Assembly: GCA_048213135.1 (NCBI GenBank)
Contig: PS015055.1
Location: 164,825-209,885 of the forward strand
From: Reclinomonas americana ATCC 50394
Taxonomy: Eukaryota
DNA length: 45,061 bases
Reading direction: 5' to 3'
Position numbers and translations under genes: made by a program
In this document: positions 1 through 14,137 of the stretch, one piece after another
Layout: each line of letters starts with the position of its first letter
Numbering within the stretch: position 1 is the first letter of the stretch
The notes under the pieces: model-generated
Databases searched by the model: none
Seen by the model: the letters and a program-made list of their open reading frames with translations, nothing else
What the model was told of the DNA's origin: nothing

Positions 1-3563
<3,563 letters not shown>

Positions 3564-4542
3564 TCCCTGACAATGAGCAATAGAGATTTGCAATTGTGCA
3601 GCTGCGGAGGAGGGCGGGAAATTTTGTGGCGTTTTCGCGCGCTTCTTTACCGGTGACGATCTCGCCCGGAGCTGGTCAAAGATACAGCTTGAAAGAACGA
3701 TTAGATTCGTGCTAGTTGCCGCACAAAAATCTGGAGGCTTTCGTACGACGGAGGAAGGCTCTAAAACGAATTCAGAATACCGATGCATTGATATTGTGAC
3801 CCTTCTCCTGTCTTTCCTCCTCCTGCTCAATGCGCTGGCGGTGGTACTCGGCCTCATCCTCGCTGCGGTGCGAGTATCGGTGCGGTTCGCCCGTGCGATT
3901 CGCACTCAGTGAGATCAGTAAGAGGAGGCCGCCTACGACGCCTACAATGATGAGCCACCCGCGTGGACTCACGTGTGACCACCAGTGACGTGAGCGACGC
4001 ATTCCCTGACAATGAGCAAGAGAGATTTGCAATTGTGCAGCGGAGGAGGGCGGGAAATTTTGTGGCGTTTTCGCGCGCTTCTTTACCGGTGACGATCTCG
4101 CCCGGAACTGGTCAAAGACATAGCTTGGGAGTACGAGACTTTGCGTGATTAGGGGCAGCACAAAAATCTGGAGGCTTGCGCACGACGGCGAAAGGCTCTA
4201 AAACGAATTCAGAATACCGATGCATTGATATTGACCCTTCTCCTGTCTTTCCTCCTCCTGCTCACTGCGCTGGCGGTGGTACTCGGCCTCATCCTCGCTT
4301 CAATGCGCGCGCGTATCGGTGCGCGCGGTTTGCCCGTGCGATTCGCGTTCAGCGAGATCAGTAACAGGAGGACGTCGACGACGCCTACAAGAACGAACTC
4401 AGGAGCAATAGCCCGCTCAGTTGGACCAGGGGACGCAGAAGGAGCGTCTCGATCGCGCAGCCTATTGCCTCTCCGTATTTTACAAAACGGCAACCTGTCG
4501 GCCGGAACGGACGGTGAATCACATTCGCTCCGCGTAGGGTCA

Positions 4543-7500
4543 ATGGAGGAGGAAGAAGGTGCGCCTTTTGCGCAGGGTGTTCGTGAGCGATAGACAGTGA
4601 GATACAGAGAGAGAGAGACGATGACGCGCGCACAACGAGGGAGAGAAGCGATCGTCGTCACAAACCAGTAACGTCCAATGCACGCGCTCACTTCTCTCTC
4701 TTCTTTCACACAGGCGACTGGAACATCACAGTGGAAGATGTCGGCACCTCCTTCATCCGGCTCTCATGGGAGCCCCCCGTGGCGCCAGAGCCCGGCAAAG
4801 ACGTTGAGTGTTGGTCGAGAAGAGATGACTCAACGATCACTCGCTCTCTCTCGCTCTCTCACTCACTTCTCTCTCCCTCACACACACACAGATCTTTACG
4901 TACACGATCCAGATCAAAGACCACGAGGCCGGTGGCGCAGGACGCGATCAGTTCGAAAAGGTCACTCTCCTTTCTCGATCGCTCTCTCTCTCCCCCCACT
5001 CATCTCGTCGCGTCTCCTCAGTGTGGCATCAATCGCTTCCTGATCACCGATCTGGACGCCAATCACTGCTACTGGATCTTCCTCACCGCCGTCAACGCCA
5101 GCAATCGGACTGTGGCACAGACCAACTTTTACGTGCTCACGGCGGCACACACGCGACCGCTGCACCTCGTGGAGGCCTCGGAGGACTTTGCGGTGGTGGC
5201 ACTGGGAAGTGAGCCCAAGGCCGCCTCCGCGAAGCGACACAAACATAAGCAGCAGTCGCAGTCGCAGTCACAGCAGCAGCAATCGCAGGCGCGGCATCGG
5301 TCGAAGCGCAAGGGGAAGCATCAGACGCCGTCGTCGTCGCGCGATTCGCCTGGCAACATGCCCAAGTCACATGCGGCGCGGTCGAAGAGCAAGCACTCGC
5401 CGGGTGAGTGCTGCGTGATACGGTCTGTTGGTCATGAGTTTTGTTCACGCCTCATTGTGCGGCGCAGCGATCTCCGATCTGTCGACCAACTCGCTCGGCA
5501 CGTTTCTCGGCACCGACGACGACGTGTCGGGATTGGAGGATGGAGACTCGGCGATTCTGGGAGATGATGACGACGACGGCATTGGGGTCCTCGATGCTGA
5601 TGACGACGATGATGACGATGATATTGACAGCAGTCTGGCCGACGAGGTTGATTCCGACGATGATGATGACGACCGACCAGGCTCCAACTCGGTGGTGGAA
5701 CATCGTGTCTTCTTTGCGGAATTGTCGGATTTTCTTCGCCTAGGGATTGGAGCCATTGAGGAGTACCGATTGCCTGGTGGCAGTGGGTCGACGCCATCGC
5801 TGCAACGCACGACATCGTCGTCGTCGGCGGCGGGGAATGGTCATTCCACTCGCGTAATCAAACCCACGCACAGCGATGCCGCGGTGAGGATGATGCACAG
5901 ACACACCCGTCCTCGGTCTCTCGCCCAACTCTCTTGTCATCTCGTCGTCTGTTGCATTCATCTTTTCCACCTGCCAGTGTTAGTCTTCCTGCTCTGCTGC
6001 GCTTGTCGGGCTGTTCTGTTGGTATTCACCTCTCTGTCGTGCTGTACTGGCTCTTGTTCTCGTTTCTTGCTGCATTGTGTTGATCATAATTCCTCCTTCC
6101 CCTTCCACCTCCTCCCGAGCTCCGTCGTCTCGCCCACCTTTCGCTCACTCGCACTTCCACAGCGCGAATCACAACTGACACGTGAGGCGATGAATCGAGC
6201 GCATCGCCTGTTCACCGAGTACGCTGAATGGCGCAGCGATGATTTGTTTATCGACAACGAGCCGTTCCGTGCGGACTGGGACATGGATGTGGGACCCGTG
6301 ACCCTCTATCCCTCCACCAAGATGGCGCACTTGGCCGCCAGTCGTTTCGATGGAGCAAGTCGTGCAGGTAATGGCCGTCGTCAGTTGATTTCTTGCAGTG
6401 TGGGCCGACTCTCACTGCCTCCTTTTGCAGGCACTTCGAAAAGTGAAGTTCTCAAGCTGCTCGACAGCGTCTCATCGGGTGGCAAGAGCGCGGTCATGGC
6501 ATTCGAGTGCGACGCATTCCACGTGGCCGATCACGGTCCACTGGTGTTGAACGATGTCGGCCTGATGTCGGAGGTGGATTTGGCGCGAGTCGGGCTGCTC
6601 CGGCAGAGTCAGAGTCAGCGTCGTGGGAGCCGACCGAATATGTTTGGTGAAAGTTGAGTGCGGCAAGGTAGTGCAGGGAGGCCACCGAGCACATCTTGGT
6701 TGGCACTTGAGATTCTGCTTTTCTTTGAAGCATCCTCACTGCCTTCCCGCACACTTGTCTCGCCCTTCCCTCATCTATTCGTCTCCCTGCACGCCATTTG
6801 TTTGTCTTTCTTCTCTCTCTGTCACTTGCCGTGTCTTAACTTGGTGTTGATATGCTGGATATGGTTGAAGTTGGTCATCAAGACAGCTGTTTGTTTGTTT
6901 GCCTCTCTTCTCTCTCTCCCTATCGTTGCTGATGGTGTTGATATGTAAGTTGGTCGTCAAGACAGCTGGTTGTTTGTCTGCCTTTTCTCTCTCTTTCTCG
7001 CAATCTGTCTCCTGGAGGAACCCTCTTATCTGTTCGTTCCACTCCCAGTGCTATCCATCTTCTCAGTCGGGCTGCCTGCTTATCTGCGTCTCCCTTTCCC
7101 CAATCTTTCCCTCTCCTTCTCTTTCCCTTCTTGTCCCCCTTTGTCCTCCTTCTCTTCCTCTCCCTCAACCTCTTCTCTCACTTCTGCATCCACCCAGACG
7201 ACGATCAAACCGAAGGCAGCAAGAGACATCGCCTCGACACTCGGTTCATGCCTCCGCTGCCGCCAAGCGACTCGCGAGACTCGGACGAGGAGAGTGGCGA
7301 TGAAAAGGTTTGTGACGATGCGCGCACAGGTTGCCCCACATCTTCATCATTCTACACCAGCTCACATCATCTCTCATCGCATCAGCCTGCCGTCTCGAAA
7401 CCCATGTTTAGAAAGCGCAAGAATATGAGCCTGTCATTAGGCGGAAACCCGCGACCCGACGGCAGTCACCAGGATGGCGCGGCGCGCTCGCCTTCCAGTG

Positions 7501-10500
7501 CCACCCGGCCGCAGAGTGCTGCACTGGCGGCGCTGCTGGAATTTGTACAGTTTGAGGACACTAGAATTAGAAGGAAGAATATGCGTGGTGCGTTTGTTTT
7601 GCCAGTCCTTCTTGCTGTCAGTCGTGGCGCGCTCACCTACCATCCTTCCAACACAGCACGTGACATGTCACCGTACGTGCGACAGCGAATGCTCTCTGCC
7701 GTGCCATTGGCCGGCGTTGGTGGTGATGCGGACAGGTGAATTTGGTTGACGGGAAGTGTCACATGTTCACATTCCACTCACTCTCCGCGCCACTCCACCG
7801 CAGTGTCGATGACCTGGCCGACATTGCCTTTAATTCGGCGAAACACCTAGACCGCGCCGAGGCGATGCGCGCACTGGCCACTTGGGAAGGTGAGGGAGTG
7901 CCCAACGAGGAACCTCTCAATCGATGCATGCGCCACTCAATGCGTTTGCACTCCACAGAGGCACACACCATGGTGGCCACCCACTTGCAGCCGGAGACGG
8001 CGTATGTGTTTTGGGTCGCGACCACCAACTGCGACGAGTGGGTCATCAATCCGCGCAATCTGACCCTCAGCAAGCCGCTTTTGGTAACCACAGGTCAGGC
8101 ACCTGCACCTCGGCCTGCTTCGTGCCTCGCTTGTCGCACTCATTCGTGTCGACGCAGTGCGGTTGCCGCCGACGAATCCTTCTGTTGTCACATCGAATAC
8201 GGAGTTTGTGCACTTGGCGTGGGAGTATCGCGAACCGAAACGCGCCGCACGGTCGCGACGGGCATCAGATGCCGAGCAGCCATTGCGATATCTCGTGCGT
8301 GCCAAGCTCAGTGCCAAAATCACGACGATGAATGAGCTCGGCGAGATCGAGAGTGTGGACAGAGGTGGAAGTGGTGACGGCGGCGACGACGATGACGACG
8401 GTGACGATGGTATGCGTGATGCGACCACCGCAGAGTGATAGCATTGTGTTTACCTCTACCACGCAGAAGGAAGGCAGCGTTGGGTGGCAGTGGAGCTGCT
8501 GACCGAGGGCACCGAGTGCGTGTTCACCAACCTCGTGCCGAATGCCGTGTACACGATTGAGGTGTGCGCCGTGCGCGGATCGGACATGCATTCCAGCAGT
8601 CTCATCTTTGACGTGCTCACGGGTCAGTCGCTGTCTGCTCGATCTCTTGCGTCGCTCTCCGAGAGATTGACCTCCATTCCCCGCAGCTCCGCGCGTTCCA
8701 CCACCACCAGACATTGTGGAGGTGGCAAGCACGTGGATTCGACTGGCTCTGCCGCGCATCAAAACAAGCGCCACAGAGTTTCATCATGTCGAGCATGGAG
8801 TTGCGTTTGGTTGCATGCACCTGTGTCTCCAATGCTTGACTCCTCCAGCTGATCCTTGTGCGGAAACTCAGTTTGATCTGGAGATGGACGCTGGAGACGG
8901 AAGTGGATTTGTTTCCGTGCCCATGCGATTCGAGCCACAATCGGAGCCCACAGCTGCATCAGCGGCAGCCGCACCACAGCCGAAGGAACGGCACCACAGA
9001 CCGCCCGATCTGCGGCGTCTTGACAAGCACGGTGGCGGTGAGGATAGCGGTGGTGCAAGCAGCAGCAGCAACACCAAGTACTCGGTGGCAGTGGTTGGCA
9101 ATCTGAAGCCATGTTCATGGTGAGTGCTGCGAGTTGTGCTCCTCCATTCATTGCTCACCAACATCACCCTTCTGCGTGCTAGTTTGTTGCTGCGACTGCG
9201 AGCGTACAACTGTTCGCGGACGGCCGTATCGGCAGAGCGCAACATCAGTCACTTTGCGGAGCCCATCGAGGTGTACACGGGTGAGTCGCCTGCGAGACAT
9301 ACGACCATCCTCTGCAATCCTTTTCCGTTCACCCTCTGTGTTTGTGTGGCGCGTGTTAGGACCCTTTCCGCCCATTCGGCTGACCTTGGCGGAACGAACC
9401 CACGATCGAGTTGTGATCTCGTGGGACATGGCGGAGCATTTGGAGCAGAGTGAGCGTCTCGCGTGCGATCGCTTGCTCGACCGCTATCATGCGCGAGGAA
9501 GGCGGCTGAAGGCCGAAAAGAACCGCCTGGAGCGGGCCATTCGTGACGAGCACGCAAGACTGGAGCGAGAGGCCGAGGCCGCTCGACTCACCAAGGTTAC
9601 ACCTGCTTGTTGATGCGCGCGCCAGTCGTGGACTGCAGTAATTCACACGCTGCCTCTTGCGTTTTCAGAAACCCCCACGTCATGCACTGGCAGCCGCGAC
9701 CAATGCACTGGATCTCGGCAGCGGCAGGCAGCCACTACCCATGCCCGAGATCTCCCTGCCGGCAGGAGCCGGAGGTCGCTTCAGTGTGGCCGGTATGTTC
9801 CACTTGGGAGAGCAGGATGCGGATGGCGGAGACGGCCCGCCGCGCTACAGAAGACAGAGCTGGATGGAGGAGTCGCCACGACGACCGTCGGGTTCTGGTG
9901 AGCGCGAAGTGGTGCTGCGAGCGGAACGTGAACGCAAGGTCACTTTCTATTGCGTGCACGCAGTTCTTTCTTCGACGGCAGTGGTAACTGACCGTTTTGC
10001 GTACCTCACAGCTGCGCAAGCTGCTGCTCACCATGTCGCCGGTTCCTCTGGGAGGAGGACTCGTGTCGGCGCCACCACCACGACCTGCGCTGGCACTCGA
10101 TGGCGCCGGTGTGCGACGGCTGTCGCTTGCGGAGAGCGCGAGTGGCGACAGCACGGCGAGTCCGCCCGAGCAGCTGTCATCTCCGCTGCTTGTGCAATTG
10201 CAGGCCGAGAAGGAGCGAGTGGAGCAGGAGATCACCAAGACCGCCAATCAAAAATGGCGCGGTGCAGGTCTGTCTTCGCTGCCCGACGAGCAGGCCGAGG
10301 GTCTGGCGTCTCGAGACTTTGTGTACACGGTGGAGATGAAGAAGTTGCGCGGCTTCCCTCGGCGACGCAAGGGCGCAGCGGCACATCGCCTTGCCGATCG
10401 CCTGTCGCGCGGCGTGACTGCCGAGGCCGCAGCGCGGGCCGAGGATGAGGCGGCGGCATTGGAAGGTGAAGTAACTTGCTTGTTGACTTTTACTGTGTGT

Positions 10501-11279
10501 GTGTATGTTACGTGGTGTGCTCACGCGCGGTGGCAGAGGAGGACGAGGGGGTCGCGAATTTCAAGCAGCTCGTGTCGGTGGAGCGCAAAACTTCGGTCAT
10601 GCTGATGGACTTGCCTTCTGCGGCCTTGTTTCTTGTGCGCGTGCGCGCTCGGTTACGCACCACCGAGCTGTTTAGCGACTACAGCCGGCACATGCTCGTG
10701 CAGACTTGTTGCGTCACCAGCATTGTCGCCTGCATGTGAGTATGTGGACCACTCTCACACTTGCCTGCACAGCCTTCCCACCACCAACGGCACCGTACGG
10801 TCTGCGTGTGGCGGACGTCACCCCGTGCTCGGCTCGTGTGCGCTGGGACTTTACGCACGATCGACCGTCGGCACCGCTGCTCAGTCAGGCGCACTCGATG
10901 GAGTACGATTTGTTTGCACGAGAGCGCGTGGTGAATTCGCATCCTCGCTACGTGATGCAAAGCCTGATGAAGGGCACACCACCCGGCAAGAAGGAGCTGG
11001 CGTTGACCTCCGACGATCCGTGGCAAAAGAAGCAGAAGAAGCCGCGCAAGAAGATTCCAGTGCAGGCGGCTCCGCGGAAGCGCGTGTCGGATCTTTCGCG
11101 GTTACCGAAGGTGAGCGGAAGAGAGAGAGAGAGAGAGGGAGAAATAGAGAGCTGTGATGGAGAGAGATTGCTGAACCTTGTTGGCGTGCGCGCAGGGCAT
11201 GTCGGTGAGCGTGGACGAGGATGTACAGTGGAGTCCCGCACATTCGTCGGACGAGGAGGGTGACGGTGGCGATGCGTAC
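4543..11279 (+). CDS. Large fibronectin type III repeat protein (at least 6 FN3 domains, ~22 exons), 3' end lost in gap
   Basis: Spliced exons give FN3 motifs: WNITVEDVGTSFIRLSWEPP...LITDLDANHCYWIFLTAVN; THLQPETAYVFWVATTN; PPTNPSVVTSNTEFVHLAWEY...FTNLVPNAVYTIEVCAV; GPFPPIRLTLAERTHDRVVISWD; PTAPYGLRVADVTPCSARVRWD. Start ATG is tentative. Confidence 0.85.
6845..7000. repeat. Two-copy imperfect direct repeat inside an FN3-gene intron
   Basis: aagttggtcatcaagacagctgtttgtttgtttgcc (~6868) versus aagttggtcgtcaagacagctggttgtttgtctgcc (~6947). Confidence 0.8.
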
Positions 11280-11479
11280 NNNNNNNNNNNNNNNNNNNNA
11301 GAGAGAGAGAGAGAGAGAGACAGACATGCACAAGAGCGACAAAAAGGTGAACAAGAGAGTGAAACGGAACAAGGCAAACGCACCCTTTGAAGTCCAGAAG
11401 GGAGAGTGACACTGGACGAGAATGCTGAGAGCGAAGTACCTCCATTGACATTGAAAACATGAATGAATGCGACTGGAAG

Positions 11480-11925
11480 TAAGACAGGGGGAGACAGTCA
11501 GAGAGGCAAGTGCACCCAGCAAGACACAGAACGCGAAGAAGAGACTGAAGACAGAACAACAGAGAGAGAGAGAGAGGCTGTCAACAATGCATGCATCACA
11601 TCAAGAGAGACAGGGAGTGGAGAGTCAATGAGGCAAGCGCACCCAGCAAGACACAGAACGCGAAGAAGAGACTGACGACAGAACAACAGAGAAAGACAGA
11701 CTGTCAACAATACGTGTATCACATCGAGAGAGAAGCGGGTTGGAGAGTCAATGAGGCAAGCAGAACCAGCATAGAACGCGAAGACAGGGACTGAAGACAG
11801 CACAACAGAGAGAGAAAGAGAGAGAGACTGGCCGTCACCAGCGCATGTATCACATCAAGAGAGACAGGGAGTGGAGACTCAATGAGGTAAGCAGACCCAG
11901 CATAGAACGCGAAGACAGGGACAGC
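11480..11925. repeat. ~125-bp imperfect tandem repeat, ~3.5-4 copies, probably within the POP5 intron
   Basis: aggcaag.gcacccagca...agaacgcgaaga...gactga recurs at ~11503, 11631, 11753 and 11885; atcacatc.agagagacagggagtggaga.tcaatg also recurs. Confidence 0.9.
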
Positions 11926-12019
11926 AGCATTAGCTCTGTGACCTCAGGGACCAGAATGAGAGGCTGACTGTCAACAATGCACTCATCACATCAATCAATG
12001 CACACACTCACTCACTCAC

Positions 12020-12279
12020 CTGCACCTCACCACCGCCATATTCGTCTCCGCATTGACGTACTTGACCTGCAACGACTGCACCGTAAACGCAGTGCCGACC
12101 GCTCCAAAGTTGACTTGCACCGAGTCGCGTATACACATTGCCACTTTCTTCCCGTCAAGTGTCGGCACTGTTGTCACTGCTCCTCGCGATGATGATGATG
12201 AAGAGGAGGAGGAAGAGGAAGAAGAGGACCGGAAGAAGCGCAGTTCAACCACAAAGTAGCGGCTCTTGAAGCGCACCAT
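12020..12279 (-). CDS. POP5: RNase P/MRP subunit Pop5, exon 1 (remainder not recoverable; gap at 11280-11299)
   Basis: MVRFKSRYFVVEL...CIRDSVQVNFGAVG...SLQVKYVNAETNMAVVRCR matches the Pop5/Rpp14 family pattern (MVRFKxRY; V...FG..G; VKY.N..T...IVRC). GTGAGT donor at 12019. Confidence 0.9.
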
Positions 12280-12355
12280 GAGGAGAGGAAGAGAAGAAGA
12301 GGTCAGAGTGTCCTGCGTATCACTCTTTCGTTGACACACACGCGTTCACACACAC

Positions 12356-12412
<57 letters not shown>

Positions 12413-12894
12413 NNNNNNNNNNNNNNNNNNNNNNNNNNNNNNNNNNNNNNNNNNNNNNNNNNNNNNNNNNNNNNNNNNNNNNNNNNNNNNNNNNNNNNNN
12501 NNNNNNNNNNNNNNNNNNNNNNNNNNNNNNNNNNNNNNNNNNNNNNNNNNNNNNNNNNNNNNNNNNNNNNNNNNNNNNNNNNNNNNNNNNNNNNNNNNNN
12601 NNNNNNNNNNNNNNNNNNNNNNNNNNNNNNNNNNNNNNNNNNNNNNNNNNNNNNNNNNNNNNNNNNNNNNNNNNNNNNNNNNNNNNNNNNNNNNNNNNNN
12701 NNNNNNNNNNNNNNNNNNNNNNNNNNNNNNNNNNNNNNNNNNNNNNNNNNNNNNNNNNNNNNNNNNNNNNNNNNNNNNNNNNNNNNNNNNNNNNNNNNNN
12801 NNNNNNNNNNNNNNNNNNNNNNNNNNNNNNNNNNNNNTCTCTCCTCCCTCTCTCCTCCCTCTCTCTCTCTCCTTCCCTCTCTCTCCTCCCTCTT

Positions 12895-13030
12895 TCTCAT
12901 CATCCCTCTCCTCTCTCATCCCTCTCTCATCCCTCTCTCATCCCTCTCTCATCCCTCTCTCTCATCCCTCTCTCATCCCACTCTCTCCCCTTCCCTCTCT
13001 CATCCCTCTCATCCCTCTCTCATCCCTCTC
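12895..13030. repeat. 11-bp minisatellite (CATCCCTCTCT)n upstream of the WD40 exon
   Basis: catccctctct repeated about ten times with variants. Confidence 0.85.
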
Positions 13031-13051
13031 TCACCTCACTCGACATTGCAG

Positions 13052-14104
13052 GTGCTGCGTGGACACACTGCTTGGATTTTCTCCGTCGCCATCACTCCCG
13101 ACGGGCAGCACGTTGTGAGTGGCGGCTACGACTACGCCGTGCGAGTGTGGTCGCTGGTGAGCGGAGCATGTGTGCGAAAGCTGAGAGGACACACAGAAGA
13201 AGTGCTGTCGCTTGCCGTCACTCCCGATGGGCGGCATCTGGTGACTGGCGGCACTGATAACACGCTGCGAGTGTGGTCGATGGTGAGTGGAGACCAGGTG
13301 CTGAAGTTGGACGGACACTCGGAGGCCGTTCAGTCCGTGGCCGTCTCGCATGACGGGCGGTATATCGTGAGTGCAAGTGACGACAAGACTGTGCGAGTGT
13401 GGTCTGCGGCGAGTGGCGGCGAGGTGCATCGGTTGGAGGGGCACTCTCACTTGGTGCGGTCTGTCGTCCTCACTTGCGATGGCAAGTACATTGTGAGCGG
13501 CAGCTCCGACAGGACTGTGAGTGTGTGGTCGCTGGCGAGTGGCGAGGAGGTGCGCAGGCTGGAGGGACACACGAATAATGTCATATGTGTTGCTGTGACT
13601 CCCGACTGTCAGCATATAGTGAGCAGTGGCAACGACTGGACGGTGCGAGTGTGGTCCATGGCGAGTGGCGAGCAAGTGCGACGACTGGAGGGACCAGCTG
13701 CTTTGGTGCTTTCTCTTGCAGTCACTCCCGATGGTCAGCACATTGTCGGTGGCTGCGCCGACGACATGACTGTGCGAGTGTGGTCGCTGCTGACTGGCGA
13801 GGAGGTGCTGCAACTGAAGGGACACACAGGGTGGGTGGAGTCGGTCGTCGTCACCCGTGATGGCGAGCGCATTGTCAGCGGGGGCGAGGACCAGACTGTG
13901 CGAGTGTGGTCCACACCGCGGGGCCTCGCTCTGCGTGACCTGTCGGCGGCGAGGCTGGCGCTGCATGCCGTCGATGAGATGATGCCCGACGCTGACTGGG
14001 TCCTGGTCGATGTCGTTCTGCGGTGTTTTATTGTGGAGGATGCGGAGGTGGTTGCACGCAGTGCGCCAACGTGGGGCCGCCAGTTTGACATGATCGAGCA
14101 GTGA
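13052..14104 (+). CDS. WD40 repeat protein, terminal exon with 7 highly regular ~42-aa repeats and a ~60-aa helical tail; 5' part in gap
   Basis: Acceptor ttgcag at 13046-13051, then 7 x GHT..V.SVAVTPDG.HIVSG..D.TVRVWSL.SG.EV..L; TGA at 14102-14104. Confidence 0.95.
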   Translation: MLRGHTAWIFSVAITPDGQHVVSGGYDYAVRVWSLVSGACVRKLRGHTEEVLSLAVTPDGRHLVTGGTDNTLRVWSMVSGDQVLKLDGHSEAVQSVAVSHDGRYIVSASDDKTVRVWSAASGGEVHRLEGHSHLVRSVVLTCDGKYIVSGSSDRTVSVWSLASGEEVRRLEGHTNNVICVAVTPDCQHIVSSGNDWTVRVWSMASGEQVRRLEGPAALVLSLAVTPDGQHIVGGCADDMTVRVWSLLTGEEVLQLKGHTGWVESVVVTRDGERIVSGGEDQTVRVWSTPRGLALRDLSAARLALHAVDEMMPDADWVLVDVVLRCFIVEDAEVVARSAPTWGRQFDMIEQ

Positions 14105-14137
14105 AGTGAAGTGAATGATATTTCCTTACTTTACTTC

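Noticed and set aside
5886-6657. Nested independent gene inside an FN3-gene intron
   Set aside because: 6163-6650 has in-phase acceptor and donor sites and joins the FN3 exon chain.
8800-8848. Possible non-canonical TT-AG intron in the FN3 gene
   Set aside because: The frame also reads through, a 39-nt GT-AG alternative exists, and a missed G in a homopolymer would explain it.
11480-11925. CRISPR-like array (also considered for 30530-30960 and 44750-44930)
   Set aside because: Whole units are homologous and degenerate with no unique spacers or cas genes, in a eukaryotic context.
13031-13966. 311-aa antisense ORF with repeating HSH/RPH motifs
   Set aside because: It is the reverse-strand shadow of the WD40 repeats in GC-rich DNA.
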